This document shows, in pieces, positions 48,812 to 56,136 of a stretch of 64,000 nucleotides of DNA. The position numbers were made by a program, and so were the translations under genes. The DNA is from a virus: positions 1 to 64,000 of IMG/VR virus record IMGVR_UViG_3300046737_000169; one strand, written 5' to 3'. Numbering within the stretch: position 1 is the first letter of the stretch; the number at the start of each line of letters is the position of its first letter. The notes under the pieces were generated by a model, which worked only from the letters and a program-made list of their open reading frames with translations, made no database searches and was not told where the DNA came from.

Positions 48812-49188
48812 TTCTTCACCTCTTCTTTCGCTTCCTGATTCAGCTTCGCTTCGAGCGCCAACTCGGCCTGGACTACCCGCCTGTACTCGCGCGTGGGCTC
48901 CCAGATGCCGCAGAGGCACTGGAGCAGGTTGTCTCCGGCTGAGTCCCACAGTTCGCAGTAGTAGGCTTTATCCTCCGGCTGAATGATGCCGCTGGGCCGG
49001 TCCAGGTGCGCGTCCTTGTCTATGTCCCACTCGAAATACCAGTCCTGATCGAGCGCGAACCGCTCAGCCGCCGCGAGCTTCTCAGCGGTGCGCACTTTGC
49101 CTTGCTCGGGCGTCTCGCGCGTGTCGTCCCAGGAGTAGCCCGCGTTGTCATAGAAGAACGCCGCCGCGCCCTTCAGAATCGTTGCCAT
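48808..49188 (-). CDS. Early-region protein
   Basis: GAGGTG RBS; FFYDNAGYSW..LAAAE..LCGI..YRRVVQAELALE. Confidence 0.7.
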   Translation of the reverse strand: MATILKGAAAFFYDNAGYSWDDTRETPEQGKVRTAEKLAAAERFALDQDWYFEWDIDKDAHLDRPSGIIQPEDKAYYCELWDSAGDNLLQCLCGIWEPTREYRRVVQAELALEAKLNQEAKEEVKK

Positions 49189-49223
49189 CTTTCACCTCGC
49201 TGCGGGGAATGCCCGCTTACTAG

Positions 49224-49252
49224 ATTGTGCCAGGATCAATAGTCGCGTGCAA
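49224..49252 (-). promoter_or_regulatory. sigma70-type early promoter
   Basis: TTGCAC-17-CACAAT; contains TTGATCCTGGCA, also present at 55169-55180. Confidence 0.6.
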
Positions 49253-49407
49253 CTATTTTCCTGGGATATTCGGAAAGAATTAGCCGCCTGTCAGCCGCCT
49301 GTCAAAGTTCAGCCGCCCGTGCCGGCAGCCGCCTGTCGCCGCGGGCTGCCGGCGCGAGCGCCGCGCCCTGGCGCGGGACCGGCGCGGGACCGGCGCGCCC
49401 TGGCGCG

Positions 49408-49584
49408 CTACCCGATGCGCGCCTCGATGGTCGAGAGCAGCAAGTCCGCCTGGATCTGCTGCGTCCAGAACGCCTGGGCAATGCGCGGCGTTTCCCAGGC
49501 CGTCTCGGCGCTCTTCTGGTAGATGTCTATCGCCACGCGCAGCGCGCCCTGAACGACGCGCAATTGTTCTTCGGTCAAGTTCAT
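49408..49584 (-). CDS. Early-region hypothetical protein
   Basis: Starts after repeat copy 3. Confidence 0.6.
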   Translation of the reverse strand: MNLTEEQLRVVQGALRVAIDIYQKSAETAWETPRIAQAFWTQQIQADLLLSTIEARIG

Positions 49585-49587
49585 CGG

Positions 49588-49646
49588 TTCACCTCGGGGA
49601 AAGTATCCCAGGAGGGGCACTCACCTGAGTGCCATCCCTGCGATGC
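49588..49646 (-). repeat. Intergenic two-hairpin element, copy 3
   Basis: GCATCGCAGGGATGG-cactcaggtgagtg-CCCCTCCTGGGATACTTTCCCCGAGGTGAA. Confidence 0.85.
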
Positions 49647-50378
49647 TTATGCCGCCGCCTGCGCGCCCGCGATCTGGATGAGCGCCGCCTGCACCCGCTT
49701 CCGGCCCGCGCCGTGTGCGGCGAAGCCGATCACGATGCGCTCTTCGCGCAGCCGCGCGTCGTCCCAGCACAACCGGCAGCGGATGCACTGCGTGCCGTGG
49801 GTATCGTGCGGGCAGGGCAGCACGGTGAATCCAGCCGCATGTTTCCATGCCTTCGCGCCCGCGTGCGCGGCCACGACGAGCGCCGCCGCCCAACCTTGGG
49901 AGAGTGCCTGCGTCACGTCCGCCGCCGTCTCACACGACGCCAGAACCGACACCGCGCCCCAGGAGGCGCGCTTGACCTTGCGCCATGCGTGGGTGTAGGT
50001 CCAGGCCCGCCGCCGGTCGCGCCGCATGAAACGCTCAGCCGCCCGTGCGACGATGCGCGCCGCGCCGTTGGTCCGGCAGTCGCCCACGATATGGAGCCGC
50101 AAGTCATGCAGGCCCGACAACCGGTCAATCTCGCGCGCCTCTTGCCGCGCGATCAGGAGCGGGTCAACCTGGGCGCGCCGCCCGCCCGCCGCCGCGTTCA
50201 GCTTCGCCGTCTGCATCCCGACGCGGTCCTCTTCGCCGTAGCAGCCGCCGCCGTCAAAGAACGCGCAGCCTGGGTCACATGACGGCTGAGCCGCGCTCGT
50301 ATTCGAGCACGGCCCTGTTTTCGAGTTCCCGCTAATCTCTACCGCTTTGGCGAGCGGCTCGCGTAACGTGGGATTCAC
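49647..50378 (-). CDS. Cys-rich Fe-S/radical-SAM-like phage protein (Gp88/DUF7227-like)
   Basis: SGNSKTG..SCDPGC......CY; RLHIVGD; WTYTH; CP..CIRCRLC; IGFAAHG. Confidence 0.65.
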   Translation of the reverse strand: MNPTLREPLAKAVEISGNSKTGPCSNTSAAQPSCDPGCAFFDGGGCYGEEDRVGMQTAKLNAAAGGRRAQVDPLLIARQEAREIDRLSGLHDLRLHIVGDCRTNGAARIVARAAERFMRRDRRRAWTYTHAWRKVKRASWGAVSVLASCETAADVTQALSQGWAAALVVAAHAGAKAWKHAAGFTVLPCPHDTHGTQCIRCRLCWDDARLREERIVIGFAAHGAGRKRVQAALIQIAGAQAAA

Positions 50379-50626
50379 CGCGCCGCCTCCGCTGGCCGCT
50401 TGTCCCCGGCGAACATCGGCGCGGGCGGAATCCAGCCAAGCTGGGTTAGCACGGCTTCGAGTTCTTCGCAGTCCTCGTCCGTTGAGCACAAGCCCGCCGC
50501 CCATGCCTCACGCGGTCCGCGCGACTCATGCCCGTCAGCCTGCCCGCGCGCCCACCAGCCGCCCGCCGCGCCCAGGCCCGCGACTACCGCCGCGAGCGCG
50601 GCAACCTCAGCCACGCGCCGCCTCAT
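50375..50626 (-). CDS. Small membrane-anchored protein
   Basis: N-terminal TM; CSTDEDC. Confidence 0.55.
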   Translation of the reverse strand: MRRRVAEVAALAAVVAGLGAAGGWWARGQADGHESRGPREAWAAGLCSTDEDCEELEAVLTQLGWIPPAPMFAGDKRPAEAAR

Positions 50627-50877
50627 CGGCCCGCCCCTTCCTTCGGAAAGTCGGTGTAGGCGTCGTCAAAGGCGCGCTTGATGACCATGCGCCCGTAGAA
50701 TGGCCCATCCGTCTCGTCGGGCTGGTCCGCCTGCGCCCAGTGCATCAAGTCCTGAATCAGGTCGCGCGCCGTGTCGCCGTCGATCGGGCGCGTCTCATTC
50801 AGGTGCAGGGCATACGCCGTAAGCACCGCCCGCGCGCGCGCCGCGCAGGCTTCGTTCTTCTTCGTCAATACGTACAT
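50623..50877 (-). CDS. Early-region protein
   Basis: N..RA..L.AY..DLIQDLMHW pattern; after repeat copy 4. Confidence 0.65.
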   Translation of the reverse strand: MYVLTKKNEACAARARAVLTAYALHLNETRPIDGDTARDLIQDLMHWAQADQPDETDGPFYGRMVIKRAFDDAYTDFPKEGAGR

Positions 50878-50880
50878 CGG

Positions 50881-50951
50881 TTCACCTCGAAAGAATTGGG
50901 AGAAGCCCAGGAGGGACGCGAGCCGCCACGCTCGCGCCATCCCTGCGGTGC
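50881..50951 (-). repeat. Intergenic two-hairpin element, copy 4
   Basis: GCACCGCAGGGATGG-cgcgagcgtggcggctcgcg-TCCCTCCTGGGCTTCTCCC..GAGGTGAA. Confidence 0.85.
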
Positions 50952-50953
50952 TC

Positions 50954-51253
50954 TCAAATCGTGCAGCAGCCGCAGCAGGGCGCGTCTTCGCACCGGCCCG
51001 CCTTGTTGCGGGTAAACACCGCGCCACTGCTGAACCGGATCACCGACACTGGCGCGTAAGCATCCCGCCAGTACGGCGAGCGCTGCCCCTTCTTCGCCCG
51101 CGCCCGCCTGGGCGCGCCCGCCTCAACGAGCGCCCGCGCCTCATCGGCCCGCGCATCGGGCACGCGCCACGCTTTGAGCGCCGCATCCCAGTCGCCGCCC
51201 ATAGCGCGCAACTCGGCCCGGTGCGGGTACGTGTTTCCCGTAATCATTGCCAT
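50954..51253 (-). CDS. Conserved early phage protein
   Basis: GNTYPHR..L...GG.WD...KAW; C-terminal GRCEDAPCCGCC. Confidence 0.7.
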   Translation of the reverse strand: MAMITGNTYPHRAELRAMGGDWDAALKAWRVPDARADEARALVEAGAPRRARAKKGQRSPYWRDAYAPVSVIRFSSGAVFTRNKAGRCEDAPCCGCCTI

Positions 51254-51256
51254 TGT

Positions 51257-51451
51257 CTAGTCCTCCTCATCAATGGGCTCATCGGCCCAGTAGTTCGCAT
51301 CAGTGAAAATTTCCGGCCTGTACTGGGCGCGTTTCTTCGCCTCGCACCGGCTGCACACGTAGCCGCAGGCAATGCCGCGTGCGTCATAGAGCACGTAGCG
51401 CGTCTGGCCGGAGCCGCACCCGCACGGGCGTATCGGAGGGAGCCAACTCAT
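51257..51451 (-). CDS. Small Zn-finger early protein
   Basis: CGCGSG..YDARGI....C..C..YRPEIF. Confidence 0.7.
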   Translation of the reverse strand: MSWLPPIRPCGCGSGQTRYVLYDARGIACGYVCSRCEAKKRAQYRPEIFTDANYWADEPIDEED

Positions 51452-51681
51452 GACCGGCCCCCCTTCTTTCTGGCCGCGCGTTCTTCCCGCTCGGCGCGTG
51501 CGAGCAACTTGCTGGCTAGGTCGTAAACGGCGTCATAGGGAACCGCGAGCCTGCGCCGCGTCCCCTTCAATCGCAGTTCAATATGTGATGGGTGCAACTC
51601 GACCAGGAGGGCGCGTGTGCGCCCCTGGTCCCTTTTGAGCGTCGCCGTCTCCCGGCGGACCGGCTTATCGAGGCGCGTCAT
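51448..51681 (-). CDS. Basic early protein
   Basis: MTRLDKPVRRET..RLKGTR; TAATG coupling. Confidence 0.6.
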   Translation of the reverse strand: MTRLDKPVRRETATLKRDQGRTRALLVELHPSHIELRLKGTRRRLAVPYDAVYDLASKLLARAEREERAARKKGGRS

Positions 51682-51848
51682 TACAGCGGCTCCGATTCGA
51701 TCAGGATTACATCGTTGACCCGGAGCCCGGTCACGCGCCGCGTTTCGCCGTCCGTCTCCACGTACACCGGGCGCGAGCCCGCGCCCTGGACCTGAGCGGT
51801 CCAGAGCAGCTTGGCTAGCTCCGCGCCTGAGAGCGTGTCGATTCTCAC
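51681..51848 (-). CDS. Early-region protein (55 aa, not in ORF track)
   Basis: GTG RIDTLSGAELAKLLW..; coupled at both ends. Confidence 0.5.
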   Translation of the reverse strand: MRIDTLSGAELAKLLWTAQVQGAGSRPVYVETDGETRRVTGLRVNDVILIESEPL

Positions 51849-52102
51849 CGTACACCGTCCGGCAGTACAGTCACCTCACCGGCGAGCGTGCCGGGGTAGC
51901 GGTCGCCCGCCGCCATGCGCCCGCCTGGGGACACCGTCACCAGTCCGCGCGCAATGTCCAGCGCGTGATGTACGCTCGGGCCTGCCTCGAAACGGAACCG
52001 CTGCGAGCCGCCGCCGTACCTGGGTTCAAAAGTTTTCTCGACCGTGACGCCCCAACGGCCATCAATCAGGTCAAGATGAACGGACACGATTTGGTTTTCC
52101 AT
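51845..52102 (-). CDS. Early-region hypothetical protein
   Basis: GAGGTG RBS. Confidence 0.6.
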   Translation of the reverse strand: MENQIVSVHLDLIDGRWGVTVEKTFEPRYGGGSQRFRFEAGPSVHHALDIARGLVTVSPGGRMAAGDRYPGTLAGEVTVLPDGVR

Positions 52103-52115
52103 CGCTTCACCTCTT

Positions 52116-52295
52116 CTAGAACAACTTCGGCTGCGGGTCCGATACCGGAGCCGCGAACAAACCGCCCTGCTCGACGCGAGCGCGCCGCAGCTTGCGGCGC
52201 TTCTCTTCCGGCGTCAAGGGACAGTCAAAACCAGCCGTCAACTGCTCGCCCAGGAGGCGCGCTTGGTCGTCCGGCTGCTCTTCTATCTCGATCAC
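52116..52295 (-). CDS. 59-aa stand-alone paralogue of a polyvalent-protein segment with two QxxLF motifs (not in ORF track)
   Basis: MIEIEEQPDDQARLLGEQLTAGFDCPLTPEEKRRKLRRARVEQGGLFAAPVSDPQPKLF; GAGGTG RBS; 32/46 identical to the segment encoded at 17653-17790. Confidence 0.85.
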   Translation of the reverse strand: MIEIEEQPDDQARLLGEQLTAGFDCPLTPEEKRRKLRRARVEQGGLFAAPVSDPQPKLF

Positions 52296-52310
52296 GATTC
52301 ACCTCTCTTT

Positions 52311-52341
52311 GACTATACGCCAGTAACAACGATTTGGTTAC
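52311..52341 (-). promoter_or_regulatory. ECF-sigma-like promoter, copy A
   Basis: GTAACCAAA-N13-CGTATAGTC; same boxes and spacing at 55195-55225. Confidence 0.65.
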
Positions 52342-52360
52342 TAAATCTTGCGAAATATTT

Positions 52361-52729
52361 TCAGGACTCGGCTTCAACCGTGTGGCGCTCGACTTCCTCC
52401 CCCACAAACGGCTCGCGCGGGTCCGCGTGGACCGTGACCGGCCCGCCGCCGCGCCCGTCGTCGTAGGTCAGCGACACCGCGCCCAGGCACCGGCGCAGGC
52501 CCTCGGCTGCCGCCTCCTGGTCGTTGATCCGCCGCAGGACGATGTTGTACACCTCGGACTCGCCGTCCGAGAGCGTGTGCTTTTCCACCGCCAACCGGCT
52601 GAGGTAGTCCCCGGCCTCGTCTTCGATGTAGATCATTTCCAGCGGAGTGGTGCGGGCGAGCAGTTCTAGCTCGCGCGCAAGGTCCGCCGCCGTCATCACC
52701 ACGGCTGTATGCGTTCTGGTCATCATCAC
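52361..52729 (-). CDS. Early-region protein
   Basis: After repeat copy 5; TLSDG.SEVYNIVL motif. Confidence 0.6.
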   Translation of the reverse strand: MMMTRTHTAVVMTAADLARELELLARTTPLEMIYIEDEAGDYLSRLAVEKHTLSDGESEVYNIVLRRINDQEAAAEGLRRCLGAVSLTYDDGRGGGPVTVHADPREPFVGEEVERHTVEAES

Positions 52730-52731
52730 GT

Positions 52732-52810
52732 TTCACCTCGAAAAGAATTACGGGAAAGAATCCCACCGGCGCGGGCGCGCCCGGTCACACGCGCCCGCCC
52801 TCTGCGACTC
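52732..52810 (-). repeat. Intergenic two-hairpin element, copy 5 (divergent)
   Basis: GTCGCAGAGGGCGGGCGCG-tgtgaccggg-CGCGCCCGC..GGGATTCTTTCCC..GAGGTGAA. Confidence 0.65.
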
Positions 52811-52812
52811 TC

Positions 52813-53118
52813 TTACCGCTCGCCCGCCAGACACTTGCGCTGGCCTTCGCGCACCGACTCGACAATGGCGCGATGGCGCGCCGTCTCCCAGTCCGCCTCA
52901 TAGCCCGCCATGACCGGCGAGGCCGCCAATGGCCGCACGCTGGACAGTTCGACCCACTGGGCGCCGTCGCCCGCCACCGGCGCCACTTGCAGCCGCTGCT
53001 TACCCCAGGACGCCTTGACATCGATCACCCGGCAGTCAATCCACAGTTCACCGGCGCGCAACTGGCACAACTCGCCCACTGCGCCAATCATCCCCGTTGC
53101 CGTGTAGCGCGTCGTCAC
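52813..53118 (-). CDS. Early-region protein
   Basis: V.DVKASWG..R.QVAPVAG.G..WV pattern. Confidence 0.65.
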   Translation of the reverse strand: MTTRYTATGMIGAVGELCQLRAGELWIDCRVIDVKASWGKQRLQVAPVAGDGAQWVELSSVRPLAASPVMAGYEADWETARHRAIVESVREGQRKCLAGER

Positions 53119-53627
53119 TAGCTCACCTCCGGCTTAATCAGATCGCCGCGCCCGTTGATGCGGATTCCCTTGGACGCGCCCAACTCGGGCTCGACCGGGC
53201 ACTGGATCGCCGCCGCGAGCCGCTCGGCCTTCCGGCGCTTGGCCACGTTCCAGCGCTTGACCACCGGCGGGAATCCCGGCTTCTCTTTGAGCGGGGATAT
53301 CTCACAGCCGAACTCGCACCCGATCCCGTTGCGCTGCCAGTCCAGGTCTTCCGGCTTAGCCTCGTACCATTTCGGCAACGTGACCGGGCGCGACATGATC
53401 CCCAGGTAGCCGTCCGACTCGAAGTAACCCATCACCACCGCCGGTCCGATGTCGTTCATCTCGATGCGGACCATCTGCCCGACTTCGGGCAGCGGGTTCT
53501 CACCGGACCACTTCAGCGCAATCCCGCGCTCATTGTGGAACTCGCGCATGGGCGAGCCCTCATCGTCAATCAGCCGCCCCGTGGCCATTGGCCGGGGGAT
53601 AAAAAACCGCTCTTTCATGCGTTCCAT
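53118..53627 (-). CDS. Early-region protein
   Basis: After repeat copy 6; WSG..P.P.VG..V....IG...V.GYF..DGYLG. Confidence 0.65.
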   Translation of the reverse strand: MERMKERFFIPRPMATGRLIDDEGSPMREFHNERGIALKWSGENPLPEVGQMVRIEMNDIGPAVVMGYFESDGYLGIMSRPVTLPKWYEAKPEDLDWQRNGIGCEFGCEISPLKEKPGFPPVVKRWNVAKRRKAERLAAAIQCPVEPELGASKGIRINGRGDLIKPEVS

Positions 53628-53637
53628 AATCTGACCT

Positions 53638-53709
53638 TTCACCTCGACAAGAATTTCGGGAAGTCTCCCAGGAGTGGCGCGCGCGATCCGCGCGCCCTCC
53701 CTGCGGTAC
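53638..53709 (-). repeat. Intergenic two-hairpin element, copy 6
   Basis: GTACCGCAGGGAGGG-cgcgcggatcgcgcgcg-CCACTCCTGGGAGACTTCCC..GAGGTGAA. Confidence 0.85.
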
Positions 53710-53713
53710 TTTC

Positions 53714-53896
53714 CTATTCGCCCGCCCGCGCCCAGAAGCGCACCGTACCCATGCGGTCCAACCACTTGATTTGCGCCCGGTAGGACTCGCCGTCCGCCAG
53801 ATACGCCGCGACGTTGAACAGGATCGACGCGCCCACCCCAGGCGCAACCGTGTCGATCCGCTGCAAGATGATCCCGTATGGGCTGAGGCGCGCCAT
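53714..53896 (-). CDS. Early-region hypothetical protein
   Basis: TAATG coupling. Confidence 0.55.
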   Translation of the reverse strand: MARLSPYGIILQRIDTVAPGVGASILFNVAAYLADGESYRAQIKWLDRMGTVRFWARAGE

Positions 53897-54510
53897 TAGA
53901 AGAGCCTCCCTTGATCGCCCGTCTCGACCGGCGCAGCCTGGGCCGCCTCGGCGAGCTTGACCGCCTCCGCGCCCGCCTTCGAGAGCACCCGCGCCAAGAA
54001 CCCCTCGATCCGGGGAATCTCTTTGTTGAGGTACGCCACCTTGCGGTCGATATCGTCCTGGCACCGCTTGACCCAGACCGCGCCGCCCTCGCCGCGCCGG
54101 TCCAAGCTGCGCTCATGGTCGCCGTTGCGCTCCACGTCGTACACCGGATGAAACAGCCAACTGGACTCGGTGAAAATATCCTTCCCGCCCGCGTCCGCGA
54201 TGAAATAGAGCCCGCTCCCGAAATACTCGCGCCCGCGCGGCATGGCCTCCACCGGCCCGGTGAGAATCTCCAGGTAGTTCCGGTATTTCACCAGCAACTT
54301 CGCATTCTTGCGGTAGAGCGTGCCGAGCGTGGGCGTCGCCTGGAGTATCCGGTCGATACAATCGAGCCCGTACTGCTGAACCAAGCCGTCCTTGTACGTC
54401 ACGCGCGCCACATGCTTAATGCCCTGGCTGCACCGGTCGCAGCACTGAACCGGGGACGCCGTGTAGTAGTACACCGAGCGCACCGCCGTCGTTCCTAAAA
54501 TCTGAGTCAT
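53896..54510 (-). CDS. Zn-binding early protein ending in QGRLF
   Basis: CDRCSQGIKH..YGLDC; C-terminal clamp-binding-like motif. Confidence 0.7.
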   Translation of the reverse strand: MTQILGTTAVRSVYYYTASPVQCCDRCSQGIKHVARVTYKDGLVQQYGLDCIDRILQATPTLGTLYRKNAKLLVKYRNYLEILTGPVEAMPRGREYFGSGLYFIADAGGKDIFTESSWLFHPVYDVERNGDHERSLDRRGEGGAVWVKRCQDDIDRKVAYLNKEIPRIEGFLARVLSKAGAEAVKLAEAAQAAPVETGDQGRLF

Positions 54511-54520
54511 AATTCCTTCC

Positions 54521-54591
54521 TCACCTCGAGTTTTCGGGAAGTCTCCCAGGAGGGAGGCGCGCCCACTCGCCGCGCCCCATCCCTGCGGTAC
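54521..54591 (-). repeat. Intergenic two-hairpin element, copy 7
   Basis: GTACCGCAGGGATGG-ggcgcggcgagtgggcgcgcc-TCCCTCCTGGGAGACTTCCC..GAGGTGA. Confidence 0.85.
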
Positions 54592-54834
54592 TTACCGGAT
54601 GCCCGCGAGCCGCTCGGCGATTTCGCGCTCGCGCTCGGCGAGCACTTCCTTGGCCCGCACAACCTGCTCAGCCGCTACCCATACCTGCACGCGCGGGGGA
54701 GGCAAACGCTTGTCCCTCCACTTGGGATGCTCCATCCGCGAATAGATCCCCGCTGCAATCAGCGAATCGAGCAGGCCCGCCGCCCGCATCCCCGTCGCCG
54801 TCTCGGCAATCAACGTCATCGTCGCCTGCGCCAT
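54592..54834 (-). CDS. Early-region protein (DUF2007-like)
   Basis: A.LL.S.L.AAGI..VQVWV.......AKEVL pattern. Confidence 0.55.
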   Translation of the reverse strand: MAQATMTLIAETATGMRAAGLLDSLIAAGIYSRMEHPKWRDKRLPPPRVQVWVAAEQVVRAKEVLAEREREIAERLAGIR

Positions 54835-54837
54835 GAC

Positions 54838-55137
54838 CTACTTCACCTCCGCAGCCGCTGCCGCCGCCCACGCGCCGTTGCCCGCCTTCGCCTTCTTCGC
54901 CGCCGCCGCCTTCTCACACTCGGCGTCGGTAGTGCAAGCGGCGCGAGTGCACCTCTTGCACTCGCGCAACCCGTGCGCCTCCGCTACCGAACGCTCAGAA
55001 GTGAGCTTGTGAGCCTTCGCGCCCTTCCGGACACTGCACGTCGCGCTCAAGTGATACACCTTCGAGGACGGCCCGAAATGAACCGCCTCCCCGAACATCA
55101 TGCTCGCCAAGAGCAACCCCAAAATTATCGACTTCAT
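54838..55137 (-). CDS. Secreted Ada-like metal-binding small protein
   Basis: Signal peptide; KVYHLSATC..A.AHGLRECKRC. Confidence 0.65.
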   Translation of the reverse strand: MKSIILGLLLASMMFGEAVHFGPSSKVYHLSATCSVRKGAKAHKLTSERSVAEAHGLRECKRCTRAACTTDAECEKAAAAKKAKAGNGAWAAAAAAEVK

Positions 55138-55194
55138 CTCTGTCTTCTCACCTCGATCTAGAATTTTCTGCCAGGATCAAACGATCCTACATAC

Positions 55195-55225
55195 GACTAT
55201 ACGACAATGCGAAGGTTTTGGTTAC
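55195..55225 (-). promoter_or_regulatory. ECF-sigma-like promoter, copy B (head of early array)
   Basis: GTAACCAAA-N13-CGTATAGTC. Confidence 0.65.
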
Positions 55226-55290
55226 ATATCACACAAAGATTTCTCAAAATAATTTTGTGGCGTTGTAACCGGCTTTATGCTCATACATAT

Positions 55291-56136
55291 ATGAGCGCTC
55301 AACCCGGCGCGCTGCCGCCCGCCTTGCGCCCCGGCGCGGGTCGCCTTTGCTCTATCTGCTCTCATCCGGACCGGGACCGCATCGATGCCGCCCTCATTCA
55401 ACCCGGCGTCAACCGCGCTAAATTGGCGGGAAAATTCGGGATCAATGATACTTCCCTCCAGCGACATATGGAAAACCACTTACCTGCTAGACTGGCTCGA
55501 AATGCGGAAGTCCTTGTACGTGAGTCAGATGCGGCGATGGTCAAGTTCGCCATCGCGGAATCCGTCAACCGGATGCGGCGCATACAGAAGAGAGCGGACG
55601 CGCTCGCCCAGGTAGTAGAGGAGCGGGCCGCCGCCGGTGACGCGAGCATCCCAGGTGACCGGACCGGCCTGCTAGTGAAGCGCCCCCGGTCCTACCGGAT
55701 CGGTAAAGACGTGTTCAGGGAAGTCATCGATGTAGAGGTTGACGCCGCGCTGCTCGCAGAAGAGCGCGCCCTGGAGCGCGCCGCCGTCCTCGAAACCGGC
55801 GAGTGGCTCGCTCAGACCGGCAAAGGCCAGTGGGGCACCGGCGCAGGCGGGAACGGTCCACTCGTTGTGGTCCTGGCCTCCGGCCTGCAGCCGCTACCGG
55901 GCGAGAGCCCCGGCGAGGCGCGCCATCGTATAACGGATGCTCGCCGCAAGGTGACCCGGACCGCCGCCGAGCAGGAAACCGTGGGGCAAACCGCCGCCCT
56001 GGCCCTCACCGATATCGAGCTACCCGGCGAAGCCGGGGAGGAGGATACCCGGCAAGGTGCATTAGCGGGTACGTCCCAGGCGAGCCAGGACGCGAGCCCA
56101 GACGTAGCCTACGATGATGACGTAGACGAGACGTAG
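55291..56136 (+). CDS. Terminase small subunit-like HTH protein
   Basis: CSICSHPDRDRIDAAL..LAGKFGI..SLQRH...HL HTH; helical middle; GPLVVVL strand. Confidence 0.55.
   Translation: MSAQPGALPPALRPGAGRLCSICSHPDRDRIDAALIQPGVNRAKLAGKFGINDTSLQRHMENHLPARLARNAEVLVRESDAAMVKFAIAESVNRMRRIQKRADALAQVVEERAAAGDASIPGDRTGLLVKRPRSYRIGKDVFREVIDVEVDAALLAEERALERAAVLETGEWLAQTGKGQWGTGAGGNGPLVVVLASGLQPLPGESPGEARHRITDARRKVTRTAAEQETVGQTAALALTDIELPGEAGEEDTRQGALAGTSQASQDASPDVAYDDDVDET

Noticed and set aside
45124-54591. Repeats as a CRISPR array or classical integron attC sites
   Set aside because: Spacing is 0.8-3 kb of genes; no cas genes; no RYYYAAC/GTTRRRY ends or IntI-specific insertion. Kept only as an analogy
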